Assembly (NCBI GenBank): GCA_903906305.1 | Contig: CAIVJR010000005.1 | Location: forward strand, 83,667-147,666 | Length of the DNA stretch: 64,000 bases | Direction of reading: 5' to 3' | DNA from: an uncultured bacterium | Lineage (GTDB): Bacteria; Patescibacteriota; Dojkabacteria; SC72 | Shown here: positions 48,164 through 57,137 of the stretch, piece by piece | Position numbering within the stretch: the stretch's first letter is position 1 | Layout: every line of letters starts with the position of its first letter | Position numbers and translations under genes: made by a program | Notes under the pieces: model-generated | What the model was told of the DNA's origin: nothing | The model's input: the letters and a program-made list of their open reading frames with translations, nothing else | The model's database searches: none

Positions 48164-51100
48164 TTATATTGGAGCCGGTGGTGGTGGTGGTGGTGGTTCT
48201 GGTCCCTCGGGAGTACCACTACCTACCCACCAGAACCCTTTCTTTGCACCACCGCTATCAAACCATTGCCCATGTCTCATTAATTGATCAATTGTTGGGC
48301 CACTGGATACATAGTCTACTTGTACCTGGCTTAAATATGGCGTTACATTACTATCCCAGCTTGTAAATATCGTTTTGTATTGTACATACTGGGCGCTACT
48401 CGCGAATGATATATTTTCATTTGATGAATTTTTTAGATATCCCGTAGATGATCTTAGGTCATCTATCCACATATTTCTTCCTTCATTTCCATCATTTAAT
48501 CTAAATGTTAAGAGATTGGTTGCGTCTACCTGATTAGATATGGTTCTGTTTTTTACTGGTATATATTCTTTTTGCCATTTAAATACGTCTGCATTTACGG
48601 TATATCCCCCTGATGGGAATGTTGATCCACTATCCCATGAGGATACTGCTACTGCACCTGTACTTAGGTTTACTGTAGAGACTGTTCCTTGAGCTATGTA
48701 TTCAGTTCCATCATAGTTTTCTTTGATTATGACTTTGTCTCCTGCATAGAGTTCGCTTCCGAGTGATGGTAAACCATACTTGGTTGCATCGATATTGAAT
48801 GCATAGTCTCCGGAACCTGTGATGAGGTTACCACTGGCTAGTGATGCTCCAAATGTTACTGTTATATTGTGTGTTCGAAGACCTACCTCATATGCTTGGC
48901 GGATTTCGTCAGCAGTACGTGGTGTATTGTCAATTCGAATTTCATCCATTGATCCATTAAAAAATCTTCCCGCCACAGTTGGGTCATTGCCAATAATAAC
49001 CGCCGTAGCAGTAGTATTGGGAGCCCCAATAGAAGAATCTACTCCCGCTAATTGTCCATCTATATACATCCTAGCATCTGTTGTTCCATTCACCAAAACA
49101 GCGAAGTGATGCCATTGGCCATCGGTAACTGACTGTGGAGACAGAATATCTATTACATTCATAGTACCTCCTGAACTGGTTCTGAAGGATAACTGCCCTG
49201 TGGTTATCCAAGTAGCCAACCACCAGTTTCTGGCTGTTGTAGATGTATTCTTGGTAATAATTCCTTTGTAATCAGAGGTTGTTGTTGTTTTTAGCCAACC
49301 GGAGATTGTAAAGGTTGTTAAATCGAATGAAGTTGATGTCCCTAAGTTAATAATGTCACTTGTCCCGTTAAAGGTCCTTGCTCCACCTAATTTTCCACTA
49401 CTAGTATATGTCGTTCCTGTAGGAGTTCCGTTATTACTTCCTGTAACATTCTGTATATATGCTCCACTTCCCCCTATCTCATCCATATGCCAAAGGCCTA
49501 CGGTATTGATATCTGATTGAGAGTTTGCAAATGCTGATTCCCCCCATGTAGCAGATAGGTATGTACCTGGCCTATCACTTGCTACATTTATAGCCATAGT
49601 ATTCTTAGTAGAGAGGTTTATAGTATTAAGTGTTTGATTAATATATGAATCTCTACCTAATTTATATGATTCTGCTATTTCATTTGCAGTACGAGCAATG
49701 TTTGAGATACGAACTTCGTCCAATGAGCCTTGGTAATATTCCGCTGTCCCAAAATTTCCCAAAGATAGTTCACTTGGAACTCCTGCTCCATAGGTATATC
49801 CCGTAAGTGATTGAACCAAAATTCCATTTGCATATAACTTATAATTCCCTGAAGTATCTACTGTTGCCGCTATATGAGTCCAAGTATTAAGTGGTGGAAT
49901 GTAGGATGATTTATTTTGGGCCGAACCATGAAGTTGAAGAGATCCATCAGTAGCATGCATATATAACATCCAGTTGTAGACAGTTGCAGATCGATTAACA
50001 ACAAGATCTTGATAACCCGTATATCTTGAAGGATTTATCCAAGTTTCTACTGTTAATTCTTGTCCATTTGTCCTATTAAATGCACTAGTGGAGGCACGTA
50101 TATAGTCACTTGAGCCATTAAAACTCCTTGCCCCTCCCACCTTTCCTGCATTAGTATATGTAGTACCAGTTGGAGTTGCATTGTTTGATACAGTTCCACC
50201 AGTATATGTAGAAGGATAGCGTATGATGACAATACCAGATCCTCCAGAGGCACCCGCAGCACCATTCCAACCACCACCACCTCCTCCTCCAGTGTTTGCC
50301 GTACCTGCAGTAGCTGCGGTAGGTGTACTGTTCCCTCCTGAACCACCACCACCTGTTCCACCATTTGGAGTATCAGGATTTCCGAATTGTCCAAAACTAC
50401 CACCACCACCTCCTCCGTATGTAACTGCAGTTCCTGAAATTGAATTGGATACTCCATTACCACCATTACTTCCACCACCAGTAAGTCCATCTGATCCTTG
50501 ACCACTTGCCCCACCACCACCACCAGCGCCATAGTTAATAGAGGCGTTTCCTATTCCACCAGCAGAACCTTGCCCCGCAGTACCAGAAGAACGAGATGTT
50601 GTTCCAGATCTGGATCCACCACCAGAACCTCCGTTAGCTCCAGTAGCATTAGTTGCATTTCCACCATAACCACCACCAACAGCTGTCACAGTAAGGAATG
50701 AGCTATTTCCACCACTAGTATTAGCAGCTCCGCCATTTCCTACAACAACAGTATTATTACCTGCACTAACAGATACGGAAGATGAATATAGTACGCCACC
50801 AGCACCACCACCTCCACCTCCACCAGTAGCAGCTGCAGTTCCACCGCCACCACCACCGGCAACGGCTAACACTTCAACATTACCTGCCCCATTAGCTACA
50901 AATGTACCACCCGAGGTAAAGGTGTGAGTTATATATCCTACGGAATACGATACTGTACCTCCTGTTGCAAATGGAATTGGCGTTATCGTGGAATCCTTTA
51001 AATAGGCTCCAGTACCACTTCGTTCATCTAGATGCCATAATCCAACAGTATTTGAATCAACGGAATATGCGCCATTAGATAATCTCGTAGCTCCAGTACC

Positions 51101-54100
51101 TTCTGTCTTGAAACTACTTAATTTTTGAGATATTGTGCTACTTTTATTCATAATCCCTTTAGTATAGTCAGAAGCAATAGTTGAAGCTGACAAAGCAGTA
51201 TTAAAAATACGAACCTCATCTATAACACCATTGAAGAAATATGAAGCAGTTCCACCATACGCCCCTATTCTTTCCCCAGTTTGTCCAACTCTTAATGTTT
51301 GAGTATATGCCTTACTCGCAGCTAATATCCCATTAACATAAACTCTTTTATTACTTCCATCGTATGTGCAGGCTATATGGTTCCAAGCGTTATTCTTTAC
51401 ATACGTGCTGGTTATGAATGTTAGATCATCCATTGCTGCAGCAGTATTAAATGTTCTAAAATAGAATGTATCTGCAGCTGTAAAGAAACAAGAGTATTGA
51501 GTATTTACAGACCCTTTTTCAAATATAAAACCATTTTGATTAAAATTCGCAGAATATACCCATGATTCAATTGTTAAATTTGTAACATCAAAAACCCCTG
51601 AGCTTGGAATTTCAATATAGTTATTACTTCCATTAAAACCTCTGGCACTTTCAGATTTCCCATTTACGTATGATGCTCCTACTGGTGTAGCATCTTCAGA
51701 TGTAACACCACCTATATTTACAGTAGGATATCGTATAACAACAATACCAGATCCTCCAGAAGCTCCTGCTGCACCATTCCAACCACCACCACCTCCTCCA
51801 CCTGTATTTGCAGCACCCGCAGTAGCCGCGGTAGGTGTACTATTTCCTCCAGAGCCACCACCACCTGTTCCACCGTTTGGAGTTGTAGGATTTCCATACT
51901 GACCAAAACTACCCCCACCACCTCCACCGTATGTAACTGCAGTTCCAGTAATTGAATTAGATACTCCATTGCCACCATTACTTCCTCCACCAGTAAGTCC
52001 ATCTGATCCTTGAGCACTTGCACCACCCCCACCACCGGCGCCATAGTTAATAGAGGCATTTCCAATTCCTCCAGCATAACCTTGTCCCGAAGTTCCCGAA
52101 GAACGAGATACATTTCCAGATGCAGAGCCACCACCGCTTCCACCATTGGCCCCTAATGTGTTACTCGCATTACCACCATAGCCACCACCAACCGCATTTA
52201 AAGAGAGGAATGAACTATTCCCTCCACTTGCATTTGCACTTCCGCCAGATCCAACAACTACAGCATTATTACCTGCACTAATAGCTGTAGAAGCTGAGTA
52301 AAGGACACCACCCGCACCACCACCACCTCCTCCGCCAGTCGCAGCTGCCGTTCCACCACCACCACCACCGGCAACAACAAGGACTTCTACTGTGCCTGGT
52401 TGGCTAGCTGTGAAGGTTCCACCCGATGTAAATGTATGTATCGTATATCCTCCAGAATATGTTACTGTCCCTCCGGTACCAAATGGAACTGGTGTTGTCG
52501 CAACATCCTTAAGATATGCCCCAGATCCATTGGCTTCATCCATTGGCCAATAGGCTACTAATCCAGGATCAGTAGTACTATACAAATATGGATTATCAAA
52601 ACTATACTCAGGATAGTCACTCCCTAATTTAGTCTTAGCTGTCCACCCACTTGTAGTAGAAGAATCCCTTCCTGTTGTACTTGCAAAATTCGTTAGAGTA
52701 CCATTGCAAGCTATACCACAAGTACCAGCAGATATTGCTGTAGTTCCACTCAATTCATTGAACTTCCAATGCGCTAATAGTCCTGTAGAGCTATATGGTG
52801 TTTCAAAATCAGATACAGTGTAATTTGAAGCTATCTCTGACCCTGATAGTACCCTGTTATATATCTGTATGTTGTCTATGCTTCCATCAACGTAACTTGT
52901 ACCGTTATTATATTTACCGATAGTCAAAAGATTTGTACCTGCATCTAATCCAGTTATTCCTACTGTACTAACCGGACTATTAGCATCTTCCACACCGTTA
53001 ATATATAGTCTGAGTCCTGTAGCACTATTGGCTGTAAATGTAGCACATACATGTTGCCATGCACCTGTGGTAGCACTATTGGTAGCACCCTCTATAAAGG
53101 CAGCTGCACTATTTTGTCCTACCCATATCTTGTACATATTGGTACGTCCACTTACCTGGCCTACAATATCCTTAACCAACATTATTCCACTCCATGTACT
53201 ATTATCTACCTTTGACCAGATCATACTGTCTCCAGTCATTGTATCGTTGTTTACCCATGCACATGTAGAGAATGAGGTTAGGGCATCTACAGTTGCAATA
53301 TCTCCTACATTTACATAATCATCATTTCCATCAAACATTAATGCACCATCATTGTATGAGGTCCAGTTACTCCATGTACTGTTGTCTGTACTTGTTCTGT
53401 ATTGGAATTCTATATTTCCAGATTGGTAGTTAGAGAGAATTTCATTAGCAGAAAGGGCACGGGAATATATACGGGTAGAATCAATCATACCTTGGAAATA
53501 ATATTCGTAACTGGCCAGTCCTAATCTTCCGATTTGCAAGACTCCAGCGTTTGCAGTAATAGGACTTGCAAGAGATCCTGTGGTACCTTGTAATACACCA
53601 TTTACATAAAGTAGCATTGTTGTACCATCCCAAGTGCCAACTAAATGATACCAATTTCCAGCAGAGATTACAGCTGAGCCTGTTGCCTGTTTAAAAGATC
53701 CACCTTGATAAATTCTGAAATATACTCTGTTATTATAAACTAATAAGTCATAATGTCCCTCTGCCTGATCTGTTGTTCCTTTCGAAACTATAACACTCGT
53801 TTGTGCACCGGAAAAAGAAGGAAACCCTGTCGGTTCAATCCAAGCTTCAATAGATAAAGCCGTCGTTGGATCAAGCCTACTATCACTACCAGCAGTAACA
53901 TAATCATTACTCCCATCAAACATTACTGCCCCACTTCCCCATCTTCGGTTATTCGCTGTCCATCCTGTCCCTACAGCAGCATCTTGTCCAGTAGTAGTCA
54001 TATTGGTTAAAGTACCATTACATGATGTACCACATGTACCACCACTTACAGCTGTAATACCACTTGTTTCATTGAAATTCCATTGAGCTACCATACCAGT

Positions 54101-56038
54101 AGTACTGTATGGTGTTTCTCCATTACCAGTATTAACACCAGAAGCTAACCAAGACATAGTCATACCTGAGGCAGCCGAACCAAAATCTATGGAAGAGGAA
54201 ATATATTCTGCATATGGAGAAACATTACCACCCGGAGTGTTAGGAGTTGTTAGATATCTCACTATAACACCCCCATTCCCTCCTAATCCCAACGATGCGC
54301 CAGTAGCCATTCCACCACCACCACCACCTGAGAAACTGGCACCACTACCACCACCAGTTTGACCAAAACCAGCACCCCCTGGACCACCAGTGGCAAAAAA
54401 TGAGTTTCCACCACCACCGCCACCATAGTAAGTTGCTGTGCCACTAATCGAAGAAAGATAGCCTGCTCCACCTGCTCCACCTGCTCCCGAGTTTCCAGCC
54501 GCACCCGCAGCACTTGCACCACCACCGCCACCTGCGGAATATGGACTAGCACAACCATATCCAGATCCGCCAGCATTACCTTGTCCAGCTGTACCACTAG
54601 CGCCACCTCCTACTTGTGGCGCACCACCACCAGATCCACCCGTTTTAGGAGCAACCGTTACAGAACAGCTGTTACTACTACCACCACCACCTCCACCATA
54701 CCCAGTTATTGTTCCAAAAACAGAATTTCCTCCATTTGTTTCCGCAGCTCCACCAGCACCACCGGTAACTGTAACAGGAGATGTGGTAACTGCGTATGAG
54801 GCATTGTACACAACACCACCACCACCGCCACCACCACCGTAGGTTCCACCACCACCACCTCCTCCTCCAACAACAAGAGCTTCAACATTCCTACTAGAAG
54901 GACACGACAATGTTGTTGTACCTGTTGAAAATGTATGAATAGTATATCCACCAGAATATGTTATGGTTCCACCCGTACAGTCAGTTAAAACTTCAGCGCT
55001 TTGTTTAATTTGTACTTTAGGTCCCGCTACACTCTCAGTTTTATTAAACACCCCACCACTAAAATCAGTAGTATCATCATGTACAATACTCGGGTCTATT
55101 CTTATGGGATATACCCTATTTGGATCCAACAGCCACTCAGAACTGACTGTAACTTTAGCCTCATAGTTCTCGGCCTTGATTTCATTTATTGTTAAACCAA
55201 CCTCGTATGTCTTGTTACCAGCATCATCTACTGCATAACTAGGTAGGAAATGTGCTAGATACTTACCATTACCATTAACAAAATAGTAAACTTCCGAGCT
55301 CTTTCCATCTACTGTAAACCAACCTTTCTTTAATACCACACCATCATCCACCTTCAAATCAAATACAAACTCATTTAATGGCAACTTACATCCCTCATCA
55401 CAACTATTTCTGTATGCTTCCAAGTCATTTATGACTATCTCTTCCTTCAAACCCAATCCCTTCAATACCTGATATTCCAAATCTACACCATCTGCAACAC
55501 CTTGATTGACTATAGTTTGCTTGGAAATAATTTGATCACCCTCATTTTCCCCTATTTCTCGACCCATTTCAGTAAGTACTGTGGAGGTCTTAATTTCCTC
55601 TGTTCCTAAAATGTCTGCAACTTTCTGTACCTCTTCATCTTGTTGAGCTTTCCCATCTGCCTTAGTTTCACTGAAATCTATGCCTTGCAAAGACATCTCG
55701 ATGCCTGACTTCTTCTTCGGTGTGAATATGCTAGCTATTTTTGTGAAAATGTTTTTCTTTTCTTCTGATGAAAATGGATTATCATTTGAAGTTTTTGCTT
55801 CAAACCTAATCCATTGCCCCTCAGGATTTTCTTTATCTCCAAACTGTACTTCGAAAGTAGGATTTTCATTTGCAAACAGTGCCACACCTTCAGAATTGGT
55901 AAGAATCTTGTCATTGGGTCTTACTCTAACCGCAAGAAAGTAGAAAAGAAGAGTGCCAATTAAAAGCACTATTAAAGGTACTAAATAGTAGAGATCTTTC
56001 TTTTGTTGGGCAGTCAATCGCATGATAAATACTAACAT
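48164..56038 (-). CDS. giant (2,624 aa) membrane-anchored surface protein with multiple LamG/concanavalin-A-like domains and three Gly-rich modules; ends PPPPPPPAPI
   Basis: N-terminal TM. LamG-like blocks (DGSNDYVTAGSDSRLDP...NWYHLVGTWDG...LYVNG, and FDGNDDYVNVGD...LRLYINGV). Recurring ~230-aa modules TGGTVTYSGGYTIHTFTSGGTF...VVAGGGGGG...GSGIVVIRY. Confidence 0.75.
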   Translation of the reverse strand: MLVFIMRLTAQQKKDLYYLVPLIVLLIGTLLFYFLAVRVRPNDKILTNSEGVALFANENPTFEVQFGDKENPEGQWIRFEAKTSNDNPFSSEEKKNIFTKIASIFTPKKKSGIEMSLQGIDFSETKADGKAQQDEEVQKVADILGTEEIKTSTVLTEMGREIGENEGDQIISKQTIVNQGVADGVDLEYQVLKGLGLKEEIVINDLEAYRNSCDEGCKLPLNEFVFDLKVDDGVVLKKGWFTVDGKSSEVYYFVNGNGKYLAHFLPSYAVDDAGNKTYEVGLTINEIKAENYEAKVTVSSEWLLDPNRVYPIRIDPSIVHDDTTDFSGGVFNKTESVAGPKVQIKQSAEVLTDCTGGTITYSGGYTIHTFSTGTTTLSCPSSRNVEALVVGGGGGGGGTYGGGGGGGGVVYNASYAVTTSPVTVTGGAGGAAETNGGNSVFGTITGYGGGGGGSSNSCSVTVAPKTGGSGGGAPQVGGGASGTAGQGNAGGSGYGCASPYSAGGGGGASAAGAAGNSGAGGAGGAGYLSSISGTATYYGGGGGGNSFFATGGPGGAGFGQTGGGSGASFSGGGGGGMATGASLGLGGNGGVIVRYLTTPNTPGGNVSPYAEYISSSIDFGSAASGMTMSWLASGVNTGNGETPYSTTGMVAQWNFNETSGITAVSGGTCGTSCNGTLTNMTTTGQDAAVGTGWTANNRRWGSGAVMFDGSNDYVTAGSDSRLDPTTALSIEAWIEPTGFPSFSGAQTSVIVSKGTTDQAEGHYDLLVYNNRVYFRIYQGGSFKQATGSAVISAGNWYHLVGTWDGTTMLLYVNGVLQGTTGSLASPITANAGVLQIGRLGLASYEYYFQGMIDSTRIYSRALSANEILSNYQSGNIEFQYRTSTDNSTWSNWTSYNDGALMFDGNDDYVNVGDIATVDALTSFSTCAWVNNDTMTGDSMIWSKVDNSTWSGIMLVKDIVGQVSGRTNMYKIWVGQNSAAAFIEGATNSATTGAWQHVCATFTANSATGLRLYINGVEDANSPVSTVGITGLDAGTNLLTIGKYNNGTSYVDGSIDNIQIYNRVLSGSEIASNYTVSDFETPYSSTGLLAHWKFNELSGTTAISAGTCGIACNGTLTNFASTTGRDSSTTSGWTAKTKLGSDYPEYSFDNPYLYSTTDPGLVAYWPMDEANGSGAYLKDVATTPVPFGTGGTVTYSGGYTIHTFTSGGTFTASQPGTVEVLVVAGGGGGGTAAATGGGGGGGAGGVLYSASTAISAGNNAVVVGSGGSANASGGNSSFLSLNAVGGGYGGNASNTLGANGGSGGGSASGNVSRSSGTSGQGYAGGIGNASINYGAGGGGGASAQGSDGLTGGGSNGGNGVSNSITGTAVTYGGGGGGSFGQYGNPTTPNGGTGGGGSGGNSTPTAATAGAANTGGGGGGGWNGAAGASGGSGIVVIRYPTVNIGGVTSEDATPVGASYVNGKSESARGFNGSNNYIEIPSSGVFDVTNLTIESWVYSANFNQNGFIFEKGSVNTQYSCFFTAADTFYFRTFNTAAAMDDLTFITSTYVKNNAWNHIACTYDGSNKRVYVNGILAASKAYTQTLRVGQTGERIGAYGGTASYFFNGVIDEVRIFNTALSASTIASDYTKGIMNKSSTISQKLSSFKTEGTGATRLSNGAYSVDSNTVGLWHLDERSGTGAYLKDSTITPIPFATGGTVSYSVGYITHTFTSGGTFVANGAGNVEVLAVAGGGGGGTAAATGGGGGGGAGGVLYSSSVSVSAGNNTVVVGNGGAANTSGGNSSFLTVTAVGGGYGGNATNATGANGGSGGGSRSGTTSRSSGTAGQGSAGGIGNASINYGAGGGGGASGQGSDGLTGGGSNGGNGVSNSISGTAVTYGGGGGGSFGQFGNPDTPNGGTGGGGSGGNSTPTAATAGTANTGGGGGGGWNGAAGASGGSGIVIIRYPSTYTGGTVSNNATPTGTTYTNAGKVGGARSFNGSSDYIRASTSAFNRTNGQELTVETWINPSRYTGYQDLVVNRSATVYNWMLYMHATDGSLQLHGSAQNKSSYIPPLNTWTHIAATVDTSGNYKLYANGILVQSLTGYTYGAGVPSELSLGNFGTAEYYQGSLDEVRISNIARTANEIAESYKLGRDSYINQTLNTINLSTKNTMAINVASDRPGTYLSATWGESAFANSQSDINTVGLWHMDEIGGSGAYIQNVTGSNNGTPTGTTYTSSGKLGGARTFNGTSDIINLGTSTSFDLTTFTISGWLKTTTTSDYKGIITKNTSTTARNWWLATWITTGQLSFRTSSGGTMNVIDILSPQSVTDGQWHHFAVLVNGTTDARMYIDGQLAGVDSSIGAPNTTATAVIIGNDPTVAGRFFNGSMDEIRIDNTPRTADEIRQAYEVGLRTHNITVTFGASLASGNLITGSGDYAFNIDATKYGLPSLGSELYAGDKVIIKENYDGTEYIAQGTVSTVNLSTGAVAVSSWDSGSTFPSGGYTVNADVFKWQKEYIPVKNRTISNQVDATNLLTFRLNDGNEGRNMWIDDLRSSTGYLKNSSNENISFASSAQYVQYKTIFTSWDSNVTPYLSQVQVDYVSSGPTIDQLMRHGQWFDSGGAKKGFWWVGSGTPEGPEPPPPPPPAPI
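50230..50960. repeat. intragenic direct repeat copy A (Gly-rich module 3 of the giant gene), ~90% identical at DNA level to copy B
   Basis: By-eye alignment of 50223-50560 with 51720-52100 shows long near-identical stretches (accaccaccacctcctcc...ccgcggtaggtgtact...gtaactgcagttcc...). Confidence 0.6.
51730..52460. repeat. intragenic direct repeat copy B (Gly-rich module 2)
   Basis: Same as copy A. Encodes PFGTGGTVTYSGGYTIHTF...GSGIVVIRYPT versus PFATGGTVSYSVGYITHTF...GSGIVIIRYPS. Confidence 0.6.
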
Positions 56039-57131
56039 ATACCAGAGGGTATTTGTAGGTTATTTTGCTATTGATTTGCGACCAGAATACGACTATAATA
56101 TGACTATGTTTAATCCCCAATATACAATTACAAACAAGCTCGCTACCAACATGCGAAAGGTTGGGGAGATTATTGGATTTCTTAATTCTCAAGCACTTTC
56201 TGATACCGTCCTTATGACCATGACCTCTGAAGCAAGAGCTTTGTCCTCATTCTCCTCAACTCAGATAGAGGGGAACCCCCTACCACTTACCGATGTAAAA
56301 AGAATTATTAAGTCTCAACCAGCAATAATTAAAGATACAGAGAGAGAGGTTCTGAACTACAATAAAGCGATATTAGTTCTAGATAAACAGATCAAAGATG
56401 GTGGTATTGGAAAACTTTCAAATCCATTCATATGTAATATCCAAAAAATAGTCATAGATGGACTTCTAAGTAATTCATACAAAGGTAAGTACAGGAATGA
56501 ACCTGTTTTTGTAAATGATCCAGTGAAGAGGGAGACTGTATATCTGCCTCCCGATGCAAATGATGTAGAACCTCTCATGACTGATCTAATTAACTTTGTT
56601 AATTCTCAAGAGAAAGAGATCGATCCTTTAATTATAGCTGGGATATTTCATAGGCAAGCGGTGATTATCCACCCATTCATGGATGGAAATGGTAGAACTA
56701 CAAGATTAATTACAAAGACTTTACTAGCTAAACTAGGCATAAATACATTTCCTCTTTTTAGTTTTGAAAACTATTACAACAGTAATGTAACCCGGTATTT
56801 TGAAAAGGTTGGGGTATTAGGAAACTATTACGATATAGTGGATCAAATTGATTTTACAGAATGGTTAGAATATTTTACAGAAGGTATCCTAGATGAATTG
56901 AACCGAGTAATATCAAAATTCCCACAGTACATGGAGAGGTTAGAACCACATCATAAAAAAATTCTTGAATATATTCATGAACACGGGTCAATCACAACTA
57001 GAGAATACGCTCAGATTACATCAAGAGCCAAAGCAACAAGAATTCAAGATTTTAAAAAGCTTACTGATATGGGGTTGATTAAGTCTGTAGGTATAGGCAA
57101 AGCTACCTACTACATTCTTAAAACTGAATAG
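56022..57131 (+). CDS. class II Fic-family AMPylase (FIC + C-terminal winged HTH); probable true start at MTMFNPQ (~56100)
   Basis: Canonical FIC motif HPFMDGNGRTTRL (56670-56702) and N-terminal inhibitory helix motif STQIEGN ([ST]xxxE[GN]). Confidence 0.85.
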   Translation: MINTNIYQRVFVGYFAIDLRPEYDYNMTMFNPQYTITNKLATNMRKVGEIIGFLNSQALSDTVLMTMTSEARALSSFSSTQIEGNPLPLTDVKRIIKSQPAIIKDTEREVLNYNKAILVLDKQIKDGGIGKLSNPFICNIQKIVIDGLLSNSYKGKYRNEPVFVNDPVKRETVYLPPDANDVEPLMTDLINFVNSQEKEIDPLIIAGIFHRQAVIIHPFMDGNGRTTRLITKTLLAKLGINTFPLFSFENYYNSNVTRYFEKVGVLGNYYDIVDQIDFTEWLEYFTEGILDELNRVISKFPQYMERLEPHHKKILEYIHEHGSITTREYAQITSRAKATRIQDFKKLTDMGLIKSVGIGKATYYILKTE

Positions 57132-57137
57132 TTATTT

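Noticed and set aside
50053-50701. Several 60-160-aa ORFs (both strands) inside the giant gene, including poly-Pro and poly-Val translations
   Set aside because: Alternate-frame readings of GGN/ACC-rich repeat DNA inside a continuous 2,624-aa ORF. No independent support.
50200-54900. Possibility of a CRISPR array or collagen-like gene given the periodic GGT/GGA repeats
   Set aside because: Repeats are codon-level (poly-Gly) inside one long ORF. There is no repeat-spacer periodicity and no G-x-y triplet regularity.
54283-54951. Additional alternate-frame ORFs in the Gly-rich module 1 region
   Set aside because: Same reason: repeat-induced open frames nested within the giant gene.
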